64,000 nucleotides of DNA. Origin: Azolla caroliniana (taxonomy: Eukaryota; Plantae; Polypodiophyta). Positions within the stretch are counted from its first letter, which is position 1. Each line of letters starts with the position of its first letter. Where the stretch lies: positions 26,846,001 through 26,910,000 of the forward strand of contig JBHGNT010000001.1 in NCBI GenBank assembly GCA_043228905.1, written 5' to 3'. The notes under the pieces are model-generated. The model worked only from the letters and a program-made list of their open reading frames with translations. It searched no databases and was not told the origin of the DNA. Of this stretch, positions 24,552 to 37,261 are shown one piece after another. Made by a program: the position numbers and the translations under genes.

Positions 24552-26224
24552 AGGCTGGACCGGTTTTCTCCGTCCCAACTCAATTTGGCGCATGCCGGTG
24601 GATGCGCGGTTAGGTGGGGGCGGATGTCGTGAAGAAAACCGTCCACAAGCGGAATCGGTGCGCCGGAGCATAGGAACCGGCTCTTCATACACGTACGCCT
24701 TACGTTGTACATAAGAGAGCATTAGGGGCATAGAGGATCCTAGGTAGGTAGATTCGGTAGGTAGGAAGTTAATAGGAAACGGCTCCTTCCTTGCCTATAA
24801 GAGGAGGGAGACGAGGAGGGGGAAGGGGATCGCGGAGAGTTGAGGACGAAGTGCTGTCAGTTCGTGGGCGAAGGCTTCTCTCTCTCTCTGGTTCGCAAAC
24901 TCCATAGCTTCCTTCTGTGCAGGTTTCGGGAGGCTCGCGCTGCTCTAAGGAATGCCCTAGTGCTTCCGGCAGCACCTCCAACCTACTCCTTCCTTTCTGT
25001 GCGTTTACGAACAGGTATCGGCATCTGTTCGCCGGCCTGTTCGGTTGTAACCGACTTCGTGTTTTCTTGTCTATCTTTGATAATACATACATACATTTGT
25101 GTCTCTCTGTGTCGCTGTCCCACTCGCGTCTTTGTGTTGAAGGGCCGTGTCCCTGTGAATCTACTCTCGCACGTAGTGGGTCTCTTCTCCTTTCTCTCTT
25201 GCTCTTCGGTACAGGACCCCCGAGGTCCCGCCTCATTCCACGCATCCGCGAGGAATACCTCGACAGCGTGTAATTTTGAATGTAAAAGGCGTATCATAAT
25301 AGAGTTCTATCTTCTCTGAGATCTGTGCGTAGCTGTGGTTAATCTACTGTGTGTTTGTAATCCTTAAGACAATAGGCGTGAGTAACAGTGTGTGCGCGAG
25401 CTCGGTTGTAGTTGTCTCCCCTTATACGTTTTCGTGTTGTTACACGCATGCATGTAGAACGGCGGGACCACGGGGGTCTCGGACTAGGGAGAAAGGGGTG
25501 CCGAGAAACCGACTCCCGACGCGTTCCGGAGGCAACCGAACGCGAGAGAGAGGGAGAGAGAGAGGGAGAGCGTGTGCGCGACACTGACTCTTATGCACAG
25601 GAAGCAAGGGGTTGTGCTTCCGACACCACTAAAATACACCAATGTGCACAGACTCACAAGAGTATGTATATTACAAGCGAAATAATACAACCCCGGCTTT
25701 GAGCCGGACCAAGGTAGGTTACGTTACAACAGCAGTCTGCCGCCAAGCCACCGTCGGGGGAGCTCTCGGGCTCGTCGCGCCGAGCGGGGTCTTGCACAGG
25801 AGGCCAAGTAGAAGTAAACCCCCACAGAACATACAACCTCTTCACTGGGCCAAAACCCTAAACAGACATGAAGGGGCAGAAGAAGAAGAAGAAGAAGACA
25901 AGATGAAACCTTAAACGAAATAGGGTGAAGACCCAAGTACAAACCCTAAGAGAACAAGAATAAGATGAAGAGGAAGAACTCTACCAAACCCTAGACCTAA
26001 GTGGTATACCCTCCTAACTCAAAATGGTCAACCCTTTCACAAGAGGCGCTCCCTTCCTTTTATACAACAAGGAGGGAGATGTGTTACAATGTGGAATAAA
26101 TCCCTTATACATGGGATCCTTTGTCCCGACTTAACTCCTATTATTCACACGTTTTTACAAGGGTATGTGCTGATGGTGCACACCGTTGATTCTCCCGATA
26201 TTCTTCGATTACGCCTAGGGACGG

Positions 26225-26989
26225 TGTCGCGTTGTTACGCGCGTGCGTGGAGAAAGGCGGGACCACGGGGGTCTTGGACTAGGGAGCGACGGAGTGTAGG
26301 AAGTCGCACTTCACCGTTTCTGGGGCACCCCCCTGAAACGCACCGGAAGCAGCCGAGGGGGGAGAGAGAGAGAGAGAGAGAGAGCGTGCTTGACACCGAC
26401 TCACGCGCGCGCACACACACACACGCACACACACACGCCCTCATGTACAGGAAACGCAGGGAAGGAGGGGAGCATCCGACACCAACAAGACACCAATATA
26501 CACAGACAGACGCAAACGTATATGTATATATATAAGAAGAATACACTCCCGGCTTCGAGCCGGACTGAGGTAGGTTACAGTAGTCGTCTGCTGCCAAGCC
26601 GCCGTCGGGGAGCTCACGGGCTCGTCACGCCGAGCGGGGTCTTGCACAGGAGATGAGCTGAAGAAAACCCTAAACGAACACGAAGGGGAAGAAGAAGAAG
26701 CAGAAGAAACCTAACCCTAAACCTACCGGTATACCCTCTAATGCAAAATGGGCAACCCTTTTACAAAGGGCGTTCCCTCCCTTTTATAGAACAAGGAGAG
26801 GGATGCGTTACAATGTGGGACAAATCCCGACTTTCATGGGATCATCTGTCCCGACTTGACTACCCTTCGACGCCATAAAGGCTCCCTCGATATTCACACT
26901 AAATGTACATGGGTGCGTACACACGCTGCACCCCGCCGATGTAGCCAATGTTTCCCGGTTTTCGCCTATGGCCGAAATTCTTCACGACA
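26225..26989 (-). repeat. Solo LTR (B/D lineage) inserted near the terminus of the 3' LTR of D
   Basis: Ends TGTCGCG.. and ..TTCACGACA. Flanked by ACGG at 26221-26224 and 26990-26993. Confidence 0.88.
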
Positions 26990-28233
26990 ACGGTTTTCTC
27001 CACGACATCCGCCCCTAGCTAACCGCGCCTCCACCGGTATGCACCAAAATAGACTCTTGCCGGAGAAGACCGACCCTAGCTTAACCTTCGCTCTCCGGTT
27101 TCGCCCTATCACGCGTCGTTGGCCCTCGTCCGGCTGGATCGTGCATCGCCGCTTCTCCGCATACTAGTGTCCTCCGCATCTGAGGAACACCCCGTAGTAG
27201 CCCACTTGCCCACTTTTGTCTCTCGCTACTACCGGTTTGGAGCCTTCTGCTTGTCGTCGTCCCCTCGCCGCCACCTTCCTTCTCCTTGGTCTTACGTTGC
27301 CGCGTCAGCTCGAACTGCCAAGGTCTCCGGGACCCGGTGTGGAGGATCCCTCTCCGGCAATCTACCTTGTTCCGGTCTCCATTCTGCGTAGTCCGTTTGC
27401 GCGTGCCTGTGTTCTTGTTTCCGACACCGCCGTGTGCCGTCTTCCACCTTCGTTGCTTGGCACCATCTGTGTTGAGCACCATCCCGTACTCGTGCTTTGC
27501 TTTGGCCCTCGGTGGCCACACACACGCCTTCCGTTCTGCTTTCGGGTGTGCCCTTCCTAGCTCGGCACACCGCTCCTTAACCAAGTGTCCCTAACAGCTT
27601 ACCGGAAGATCACCCTCTTCGTAGGCCTACTCTCTTCCTCCCTTCCGGATCGGTTATTCGGAAGTCCGCTCCGCCCGGTTCTCGTCCAGCTTCGTCCGTC
27701 ATTCTCTGAATTGCCGGGTCCCGTTCTCCTGCCGCCACTGTCAGTATCTTGGTCTTACGTCGGATCCGATGCCAACCGCCGAAGTCTCTAGATCCGGTGT
27801 GAGGTGACCCATAGGACCGGTCTTCCTTCTCTGCATCTGTCCCTTGTACTTCTCTCAAACTCGTTGTCGCTCTCCTTGCTGCGTTCCCGCCTCCATCTTC
27901 CATCTCTTTCGGTCTCACGTTGCCACGCCGGCCGAACTACCAAAGTCTCCGGTCAAGATGTGGAGACCCTGATTTCATAACGACTCCCACCGACTCATTC
28001 GGGCCACCGACCCTTTTAGTGGTGCCGGTGGATAGCATCCACTCTATGATCGATCAAACCCCACTTGGGCTTGATTCTCCAATGTCTAGAGTTTCGGCTC
28101 CAATGTTGATCCTGCCGGATTCGTTCCGTACCCTCGATCATCTTCTTCCCGATTCCCGACCATCGCCCGGTCAGTCTTTCTCCCCATGTAAAAGACGGCG
28201 GCTCATTCCGCACCCTCTCCCATATTGGCACCC

Positions 28234-29691
28234 TCATGATGATTTTGGCCCCAGTCGAACAATCCACGACCGGATCGCGCTCCAACCGAATCGGAGTGTC
28301 ACGTTGTTCGGTCCCCGTTCGGGTCGTTTCTTGGTCTCTTCGTCGACCTTCTCGTGAGCCATTTCCCATCCATCTTCGTTGGCATCGTGCCAGGACTCCT
28401 CGACACCGTCATCCATCTCCTCGGTCTCACATGGGTGTAAGGGCCCGAATGTCGAGTTCTCCAGAATCGGTCCCGAGGGCTCTTGTTCGTTCCTTCCATG
28501 TATCGCCTCGCCGGTGATTCTCGATCTCTCGCCACCGCTTTCCTCCACTTGGGACTCACGTGGGCACTTGAACCCAACTGCCATCACCTCGGGAGCAAGT
28601 GTGGGAAGACGCGTAGAATCGCCTGTCCTATTTACGCCCTTGTCTGTAGCCACTGTCTCCTCGTGATCGGTGCTCGACCCTATACCGATCACGCAAGCCC
28701 TGCCTGGGCTTGCTTCTCCAATGTCCGGAGTTCCAGGCTGACGTACCAGAAAACGCCGGTCCCAACGCTCCGATTCTGTGATCGATATCTCGGCCTTGTC
28801 CTCAGCCGTTCTTTCTCCGCAAGTTGAGAGGGTGTTATGTTCCGCACCCTCTCCCATGGTACCGTCGTACTGATCTTCTACCTCCTTGTGGGGCAAGTTC
28901 ATCTCCTCGGCCTCAGCTCGCGGCCTCGATCTTTCCTCTTCCTCGAGCATTGCCTCGAGAGTTGCATACGCCTCCACAATCCTGGCCCCAAAGCCGACCC
29001 TTGCCGACTCTCTTTGCCGTTCGGTCTCTTCCCGATGTGATGGCGTGCCATCGCACGCCTTCCTCCTAGCCTTCTCGGCTTGCTCATCATCTAGTTGTTG
29101 GCATACCCTTCCGACCTTCGACCAATCCTCCGTAAGGCCATTCGCTCCGTCCTCGTCTTCAAGCTCAATCCTGATGACCTCCCATTCCGCTCGGTCGATT
29201 GACCTGACGAACAACAGGACTTTGTCTGCCCCCTCCAAACCTTGTTCCTACTCCGGGAACCGAGCAAGCCGCAACTCGAACTCTCAGAACGCCTTCATTG
29301 CGCCCTGGTGGGTCTTCGCCGATTCCACCCACTAGTCGAACCCGAGTCGTCCCCGACTTTTCCGCCGTCCTCCATATGCCTACAGGAGCACCTCTTCGAA
29401 GGCCTCCCACGAATTATGAGCTTCTCGGAGCTCCTTCACTTCCGCGTGCATATGAACGACGATGACCCGATAGAAGAACTCCAGCCTCAACACCTCGTCT
29501 ACGTCTCACTCCTCCATTTCCACGTTTTAGGCTTCCAAGTAGAATGGGACCTTGTCCCCGTTGAAACGGCCGACTCTTTCAACCACACATTCGACAGCTT
29601 GCTGCGCCGTCTCTCTTCTTGTTGTTGCTCATCCAAACTCCCTCACCGCTTCGACAAAAAATTGCGCGAAGTCATCTTCTTCCCACTCCAT
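28234..29691 (-). pseudogene. gag: Gag-like ORF of D (capsid-like N-terminus plus charged tail), several stops
   Basis: VGRFNGDKVPFYL and KVLLFVRSIDRAE..GLTEDW match B' gag (IGRFSGKDATSYL, RVLLFVKSVDKRD..GLTADW). ATG at 29691 is in frame with ORF 28234..29238. Confidence 0.8.
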
Positions 29692-30705
29692 GCTCCCTTG
29701 CCGCCTCTTCATGTCGGGTTCACCAAATATGTTGCTTTGTTACGCACATGCGTGTAGATGGGCGGGACCACGAGGGTCTCGGACTAGGGAGAAAGGGGTG
29801 CCGAGAAACCGACTCCAAACGCATTCCGGAGGCAACCGAATGTGAGAGAGAGAGAGACAAAGGAGAGGGAGAGTGTGCGCGCGACACCGACTCTTATGCA
29901 CAGGAAGCAAGGGGTTGTGCTTCCGACACCACTAAAATACACCAATGTGCACAGACTCACAAGAGTATGTATATTACAAGCGAAATAATACAACCCCGGC
30001 TTTGAGCCGGACCAAGGTAGGTTACATTACAACATCAGTTTGTCGCCAAGCCACCGTCGGGGGAGCTCTCGGGCTTATTGCGCCGAGCGGGGTCTTGCAC
30101 AGGAGGCCGAGTAGAAGTAAACCCCCATAGAACATACAAGCTCTTCACCGGGCCAAAACCCTAAACAGACACGAAGGGGCAGAAGAAGAAGAAGAAGAAG
30201 ACAAGATGAAACCCTAAACGAAATAGGGTGAAGACCCAAGTACAAACCCTAATGGAACAAGAATAAGATGAAGAGGAAGAACTCTACCAAACCCTAGACC
30301 TAAGTGGTATACCCTCCTAACTCAAAATGGGCAACCCTTTCACAAGAGGCGCTCCCTTCCTTTTATAGAACAAGGAGGGAGATGCGTTACAATGTGGGAT
30401 AAATCCCTTATACATGGGATCCTTTGTCCCGACTTAACTCCTATTATTCACACGTTTTTACAAGGGTATGTGCACATGGTGCACACCGCCGATTCTCCCG
30501 ATATTCTTCGATTCCACCTAGGGACGGTTTTCTCCACGACAACGCTGCTAGGTTATGGGAAGTATCCCACTAAGTATTACGCACAGACGCTACCATTCGT
30601 TGTCACACATTCACTTGGAGGTCTAGGTCGGAGGACTGACCATAGACCGTGTTCCTAATCGGTAACAGGGCTCATCGAAGGTGTTTCCCCCAGAAACGGT
30701 TAACA

Positions 30706-33700
30706 TGTTGCGGATGATCTTGGAGTTGAGAATGGTAGCAACCTCATATTCAGATCCATTGGAAACTTCGATTGGAGGTGGGGGAGGTGTAAGACGACCC
30801 GGAATAGAGCTTGTTGTGTAGTGTTCCAAAACAAAAACATGGAAGACCGGGTGAAGACGCACATGAGGGAGATCAAGACGAAATGTCACATCATTGATCT
30901 TACCAGAGATCACATATGGGTCGAAACATTGATAAACCAATTTGTAGTAAGGTCAGGTGGTTTTAATGCTACCTTGTAAGAGCTATACACGATCTCCTAC
31001 TTGAAACGTAGTCGATGAATCACGCCGATGATCATCAACAATCTTCTTTTGAGTGTTTTGGCCATCACATAAATGATGCAAAAGTACATCTTGAACTTCT
31101 TGGAGTCAAGTGAGCCGATCTTCAGCAACCAGGTTTTTCGAGAGTTCGAGATGTTCAAGCATCGTCCAACAAGGATGGTACCCAATGTTAGCAAAAAATG
31201 GGGAATATCCAATAGAAGAATGTTCGGAGTTGTTGTAAGCAAATTCCGCCAAATGTAATAAATCCACCCAGTCATCCTGTTGACAGTTGATAAAACAACA
31301 TAGATATTGTTTGGTTGTTTGGTTGGTGCGCTCACTCTACCCATTAGTCTCTGGATGGTAGCCGGAAGAGAGTTTACAAGAAGTATGTAAGAGTTTGAAC
31401 ATGTGCCACCAAAATTTCGAGATGAATTGGGGACCCCAATCACTGATAATATCATCCAGAAGACCATGATGGCGAAACACCTCCTGCATGAGTAAATCGG
31501 TTGTCTCTTGACTAGTAATGGTCTTCGTGCATGGAAGGAAATGCGCCATCTTCGTAAAACGATTGACTACCCTTGGAAGGTGGGAGATCCGCAATAAAGT
31601 CCAAGGAAATAGATTTCCATGGGCTCTCTGAAATAGGCATTGGCTGTAATAGGCCATATGGATTATGTAGAGGCTTTTTTTATCGGCAACATGTATCACA
31701 ACTACAAACATAATTCGTAACAAAATGGCGAAGCCGTGGCCACCAATATCGGCGAGAAATCAACTCAAAAGTCTTGTGGATGCCGAAATGTCCAGCCATT
31801 GGCGTGTCATGACTTTGAGTCAAGAAGGACCGTTGTCGTGAAGATCCGTCACTACACGCGGATCATGACCGGGGTTCTGGACCGGAAGGATTCAAAGTTG
31901 GTACAAGCTTTGGCGCAAGCTTTAGCGAGAAAGTACTTAAGATAGATTGGGAAAGAGAGAAGTTGAGATTACACGATTGAGAGAGATTGATTGAACTTTT
32001 AACTTTAGATTTAAGAAACAAGTTACACGATCAATTTGATAACGAATTTCTTCCTCTTAATTTTCATAAAAAAAAACCCGTGTTTTTTCTCCTCCCCCTT
32101 CCCTCTTTTATAAATGCTCTCATGCATATGATGCATGTGAGGGTACAAGACATGCATAAATTGCATGTTTGCCATTTGGCGCTTATGTATTACATGTGGT
32201 GCATGATAACCATGTCACTCATTTTAGTTCTCATGTATGAGAATTTACATGTAAATGTACAATGATAGAAATATAATTTCAACTAAATAGCATGGCTTAA
32301 TGGTAAGCCAATTGACTCCTAACTTGGAGGTGCAAGGTTTGAATCCTTACTTGCCTTGCTTGTATATGTAAATATGTATATATATTTATATATTTATTTA
32401 TCTAGTCGCCGGTTCGCCGGATACCGTCGCCGGATGCCGTCGGTTACCGGTGCGTCGCCGGATATCGGTGCCGCCGTCGGATGCCGGTGCCGGATTGCCG
32501 TCGGATCACCGGCTCCATCGTCGGTCCGGTTTTGGTTGGCCAAAACCCTTTACGAGTAGCTAGCCCACCTCCACTCTTAGTTCAAGTTACCTTGAACTCT
32601 CTATGCTCCACACATAGACACAAAGATAATATCTTTTGCTCCACCTTATATATGATGAGAGCTGTATTTGTCATGCCTATGTGGGATATCTCACAATTTT
32701 CTCCTTTCCTTTTACAAACTTTTTACCCTCATATCTTGACATTTAGTTGTTCGTTTCTCGTGTAATAAACTGCATTCGAAACCTCCATCATTTTGTACTT
32801 AGATATTAAATCTATTTAAAATGTTATCTTCACAATTATTGTACTATGTGATTCATACTCGATTTCGTACGTTTTATGGGATTTTCACACTATTGTCGAA
32901 AATCTTCACGACACCGTCAAGCACATACAAGAGAGTTTGTCAAAAAAGCAAACCATCACGCCAACTGAACTGGGTGAAGTCTAGACGAGGATTTTGAGAT
33001 TGGGAGCTGGAAGCACGATCTAGGATAATATGACTCAAAACCTCTTGGGCGAATGCATCGGTCACAATCTGCTCCCGAATGGAATCAAGAAGCCTTGAAT
33101 CTCCCGGTGTGTTGATAGTATGTATTTCCATTACTCATAGACGATCAAGATCTAAGAGGATTTTCTTTTGACTTTCAAATGTGGCCTCTCCTGGTTGAAG
33201 TTCCATATACGAACGTCGAGATAAAGCATCTACTTTTCCTTGTTGCATCCCAAGGTGATATAGAATTATAAAATCAAAACGAGTAAGAACTGCACCCAAC
33301 GAGCTTGTCGATGATTCAAGACTCGAGCACTTTGGAAGTATGTTAGATTTTTGTGATCATTGTAGACAATAATCTGTTGAGAAGAACCCTCCAAAAAATG
33401 ATGCCATTGTTGAAAAGAATCCACAATGGCAAGAAGCTCTTTGTCGTGAATCTCATAATTGATTTCTACGGCTTCAAATTTCCATGAGTGAAAAGCCATA
33501 GGTGTAGTTCGCCATCTTCGCCAATCTAGAATAGTACGCTTCTGAGTGCGAAATTAGATGCATCAGCTTCAAGTATAAAGCGCCTCATTGGATTGACATG
33601 CATTAAAATTGGTGTAGATGTAAACGCTTGCTTTAAACCCTCAAATGTAGAGTTTGCATCTATACCCATACAAATGGTTGATTCTTGCGCGTTAGTTGAG

Positions 33701-36700
33701 TGAGGGGCAATACAATCTTTGAATAATCTTTGATGAACTTGCGATAAAAGTTTGCGAACCCCAAAAAACATTTTACATCTCACACATACTATGGTGTTTG
33801 CCAATCCAAAATTGTTTGAACCTTTGATGGATCCATAGAGATGCCATTTGAAGAGACTATGTACCCCAAAAATTCCACTTGACACTAGTCGAAACTACAC
33901 TTCTCCAATTTTGCATAGAGACCATACTCTCGTAACCGTTGCAAAACTTGTTGAACATGTATCTCATGCTCCTCTTGAGTTTTTGAGTAGATCAAGATAT
34001 CATCCAGGTAAACTATGATGAAGATATTGAGGAAGTCTCGAAAAATGTCATTCGCCATATGTTGGAAAACTATTGGTGCATTCGTGAGACCAAATGGCAT
34101 CACTGTATACTTAAAATGACCATAGCAAGTGCAGAACGCGGTCTTCCATTCATCCCCAGGACGAATTCGAACAAGGTTGGAGGCACCTCAAAGATCTAAC
34201 TTCGTGAAATACTTTGCTCCACTAAGGCGTTCTAGAAGGCTTGAGATCAATGGTAGAGCATATCGGTTTCTAATAGTCACTTTATTCAAGCCCCGATAAT
34301 CCACGACCATACGAAGCGTACCATCTTTCTTCTTAACGAAAAATATGGGTGCACCAGCAGGAGATCTTGAATGTTGAATAAAACCATTTGCCAGGTTCTC
34401 ATCGATATATTCTCAAAGAACCTCTAACTCCGTGGGCGAAAGGTTATAAATTGGCCCCCATGGAGGCTCTTTTCTTGGCTGCAAATCAATCAAGCAATCA
34501 TATGGTCGATGCTCTGGTAATCTATTAGCCTTCACCTTATCGAACACATCGAAGAATTCTATGTACTTCTTTGGTAATTGGACCCCCAATTCTTGTGAGC
34601 TAGATGAGGGAGTTGCTAAAACCGCAAACACCATCATGTCTTCCTTCCTTCCATCCTCTCGTAACTGATGTATAGAGGTTGTTGAAATCGTGTGGGATCC
34701 TAGATCCTTTGTTAGAGTTTCAAGAGACTCGGACTGTACTATGTATGACCTCTTCAATAGTTCTTTTCTCCAATCAATAGTTCGGTTATGTAACTCAAAA
34801 CAAGGAAGACCAAGAACTAGAGAGTGCTCTGGACTACTAATGATGTTGAATGAGATGATACTAGCCAAATTACCTAGGACTACACGAATTGGTTCAGACT
34901 CTTCGACTATATCACCTAATGTTATAGGGTGACCATCGATGACTCCTACAACTACTAGGTTCGAGAGCTTGTTCAAGTTGATGTTTTGGGTCAATGCAAA
35001 CTCGTGATCCATGAAACAAAAATTGGCTCCAGAATCTAGGAGGGCAGAGGCTAGGACTCAATGACCTATAGATATGCTAAGCTCAACTTGTGTAGAAAAA
35101 ACTCGACTAACTTGATTTGATGAAATGGAATCACAACTAGGTATTGACTCTACATATCTAGGATGGTCCAACCAAATGGCTCCTATTTTGGCCAGACTTA
35201 TTCATTTAACACATCCTCTAATTGGCTCAAGACATCAAATCTATTCTCATGGCATGGGTTATTAGGCTTAGTAATTAAGTTATTAGAAGTGATAGTAGAA
35301 CTCGAGGAAGGGTTGTCATGTGCACTTACTTGGTAAACCTGACGTCTAGGTTTATGTGGACAATTCACAGCAATATGTCCTGGACCACCACAATAGAGGC
35401 ATAGGCGATGCGCCCGACGTTGTTGTTTCTCAACATCTAATAAAGGCCCTCGACTTTGTGTTGACTCTATTTCCATCGGAGTGGGACCATCCCTCATAAT
35501 GGGTCTGGGAACTTGTGGCAGTGTTGCAACTATTGAAGCATACGTCTGTTCCAATTGGTGGCGTAGCATTTGTTGATGTTCAGAATGTCGCTCAAATAGG
35601 TGATTATCACATCGCACAGCTCGACTAATGGCCTCTGTAAGAGACTTTGGATCTTCGTGGAAAGTAAGACGAAGATCTTTGACATCATTACACAAACCCT
35701 GACGGAATTGATCCATTAAGGTTGCCTCATCCCAAGGGATGTCACATGCCAAGAGACGGAAATCTGTTGCGTAGGCTGAAGTGGGACGATCTCCTTGTCA
35801 GAGTCTTTGAATCTTGTTTATTGTCGTTCTAGTGCTACCGATGTCTCCAAAACTAGCTTGAACCTCTTTAACGAATGCCTCGAAATCCTCCAACAATGGT
35901 GATTTCTTCTCTAGAAGTGGTGCAAACCATGCTAATGTTGTACCGCTTAGCAAGGTTCCTATTAATCCCACACAAGCAACATCACTTGGGTACCGATTGG
36001 GATGTAACTGAATCACCAAACGAACTTGATTCAGGAAACCTCAAAACAAAGATCAGGTACCATCAAACTTGGCAGGGAAGCTAATCTTTGGTTCCCTTGG
36101 GGAGTTTTGAACCCCCCCCGCTTGTTCTCGTAATGTTGATATAGTAGCCTCGAGTTGATGAACCCGTTGTGATAACTCCTCATATTGATGAGCTTTCTCG
36201 GTACTCACTTGTTGTAAATCCTCGAGTAGCCTATTATTTTCTTGCTCTAATGCCACAAACTTAGTCGTGAGCATGTCAAGCTCAGAAAGGACACGCATAT
36301 ACTCTTGCTTGCTGACGGATTCCCTAAATGAGGGGGGAAAAGAAAGAAGGGAAACGAAGAAAGCTTGCTAAGGTTATTGGAAAAGGAAACAGAAATATTC
36401 GGTTCAAATTGTCGAAACTCGTGGGTAGGAGATAGAATGAGAGAGAGAGCGATAGCGAAAGAGAGAGGTGTGTGTGTGTACGTGAGAGAGAAAGAAAGAA
36501 AGATATATTAACGTCTTCTAAGGCCAAATTTGTCCCATGAGACAATTGGTTTACAACAAAAAGAGTATTTATCCAGCCATCATAACTAAAATAAAATAAA
36601 GTAAATATAGAACTTAAGCTAAAAGAGTTCTAGTAGTGTACAATACGTGGTATACTCGATAAAGGAAGTGACTTTACACTAAGCCTAATTTTATTTCCAC

Positions 36701-36982
36701 CCAAGCCTCTCGAAAAGAAGTGGGGGGTCAAAGGGTTTTGATGTGGGTGTGACCCGTGGTTCCAATGTAGAGAGTGCCCTCGCCATGGCTTCTAGGCGGT
36801 GTAGCTCACGTTCCCTTATTTTCATTATTGCTTCCACACCACGTCGAGTTGCTTTGAAACCCGGCACCCGAGGACGTCTGGTTCTTCTTTGGTTTTTTGC
36901 CTCATCAAGGGAAAGGCCGAGTGGTGCAAGTGTTTTGATATTTGTTGGCTCCCCCTATTCCTAAAAACCTTCATTTGTTACA
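30706..36982 (-). mobile_element. Degenerate chromovirus (Tcn1-like Ty3/Gypsy) C, 5' portion
   Basis: Gag WFAPLLEKKSPLL..CLYCGGPGHIAVNC, LLDSGA protease, [35 protein letters not shown] RNase H, SGYHPETNG integrase, and a chromodomain start EYEVATILNSKIIRN cut by A0. Probable 5' LTR ~36506-36982 starting TGTAACA. Confidence 0.85.
31834..32913 (-). repeat. Solo LTR-like insertion (B-lineage termini) in the chromovirus integrase region
   Basis: 12-bp terminal inverted repeat TGTCGTGAAGAT..ATCTTCACGACA. TSD CCGT (31830-31833/32914-32917). Interior homologous to 52050-52200 in reverse. Confidence 0.85.
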
Positions 36983-37261
36983 TGTTGGTGAACATTAGCA
37001 ACATTATTGTCAACATTTTGTAACTTATTCTCTCTGTGTTGTTTTAGCTATAGAATGTATTTGCCTAATTTCTTTATATCTAGAGTATTTGACATTATAA
37101 TTAAAAATATAATTATTATAATCACACAACATATATGTTATTACAATGGTTAAGGGTTCAACACATAGACCAAGAAGTCATGGGTTCGATTCTTGATAAG
37201 CCAAAATGTTGTCTTCATAAATAAGAGGCCTAGTTACCCTCATTTCATGATCTTTTGACTA

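Larger units (their letters stand above)
19404..25265 (+). mobile_element. Ty3/Gypsy element B inserted in the 3' LTR of A; 5' LTR fused by deletion to mid-gag
   Basis: 5' LTR remnant 19404-19591 is nearly identical to the start of the 3' LTR (24625-25265). TSD GCGT (19400-19403/25266-25269). PPT-like AGGTGGGGGCGGA precedes 24625. Confidence 0.92.
25430..30541 (-). mobile_element. Non-autonomous gag-only LTR element D (B lineage)
   Basis: 5' LTR 29730-30541. tRNA-Trp PBS 29708-29725. 3' LTR 25430-27007, interrupted by a solo LTR. PPT-like region at 27008-27027 matches that of B. TSD ACGT/ACGC. No pol motifs in the 2.7-kb interior. Confidence 0.88.
5123..30667 (+). mobile_element. Ty3/Gypsy non-chromovirus LTR retrotransposon A (degenerate, three nested insertions)
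   Basis: 5' LTR 5123-5572 (TGTTG..GGTAACA). 3' LTR in three pieces: 19252-19403, 25270-25429, 30546-30667. 5-bp TSD GGGCT on both sides. Domain order gag-PR-RT-RH-INT. Confidence 0.92.
1672..30705 (+). mobile_element. 3' part of Ty3/Gypsy element A0 (extra ORF plus 3' LTR); LTR split by element A
   Basis: Extra-ORF homology to 16441-19200. The LTR starts TGTTGTCC at 4662, is interrupted at GGGCT (5118-5122/30668-30672) and ends ..GGTTAACA at 30705, where chromovirus coding sequence resumes. Confidence 0.75.

Noticed and set aside
25850-26000. AAACCCTA motifs suggesting interstitial telomere
   Set aside because: They are isolated telo-box-like words repeated in each D-type LTR, not tandem arrays.
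32288-32348. Functional tRNA gene
   Set aside because: No convincing acceptor stem or cloverleaf; kept only as a tRNA-like module.
30706-36987. TGTTG at 30706 and at 36983 as a TSD for the chromovirus
   Set aside because: The left copy is inside chromodomain coding sequence at the A0 junction. The element's 3' end lies outside the window, so the match is coincidental.
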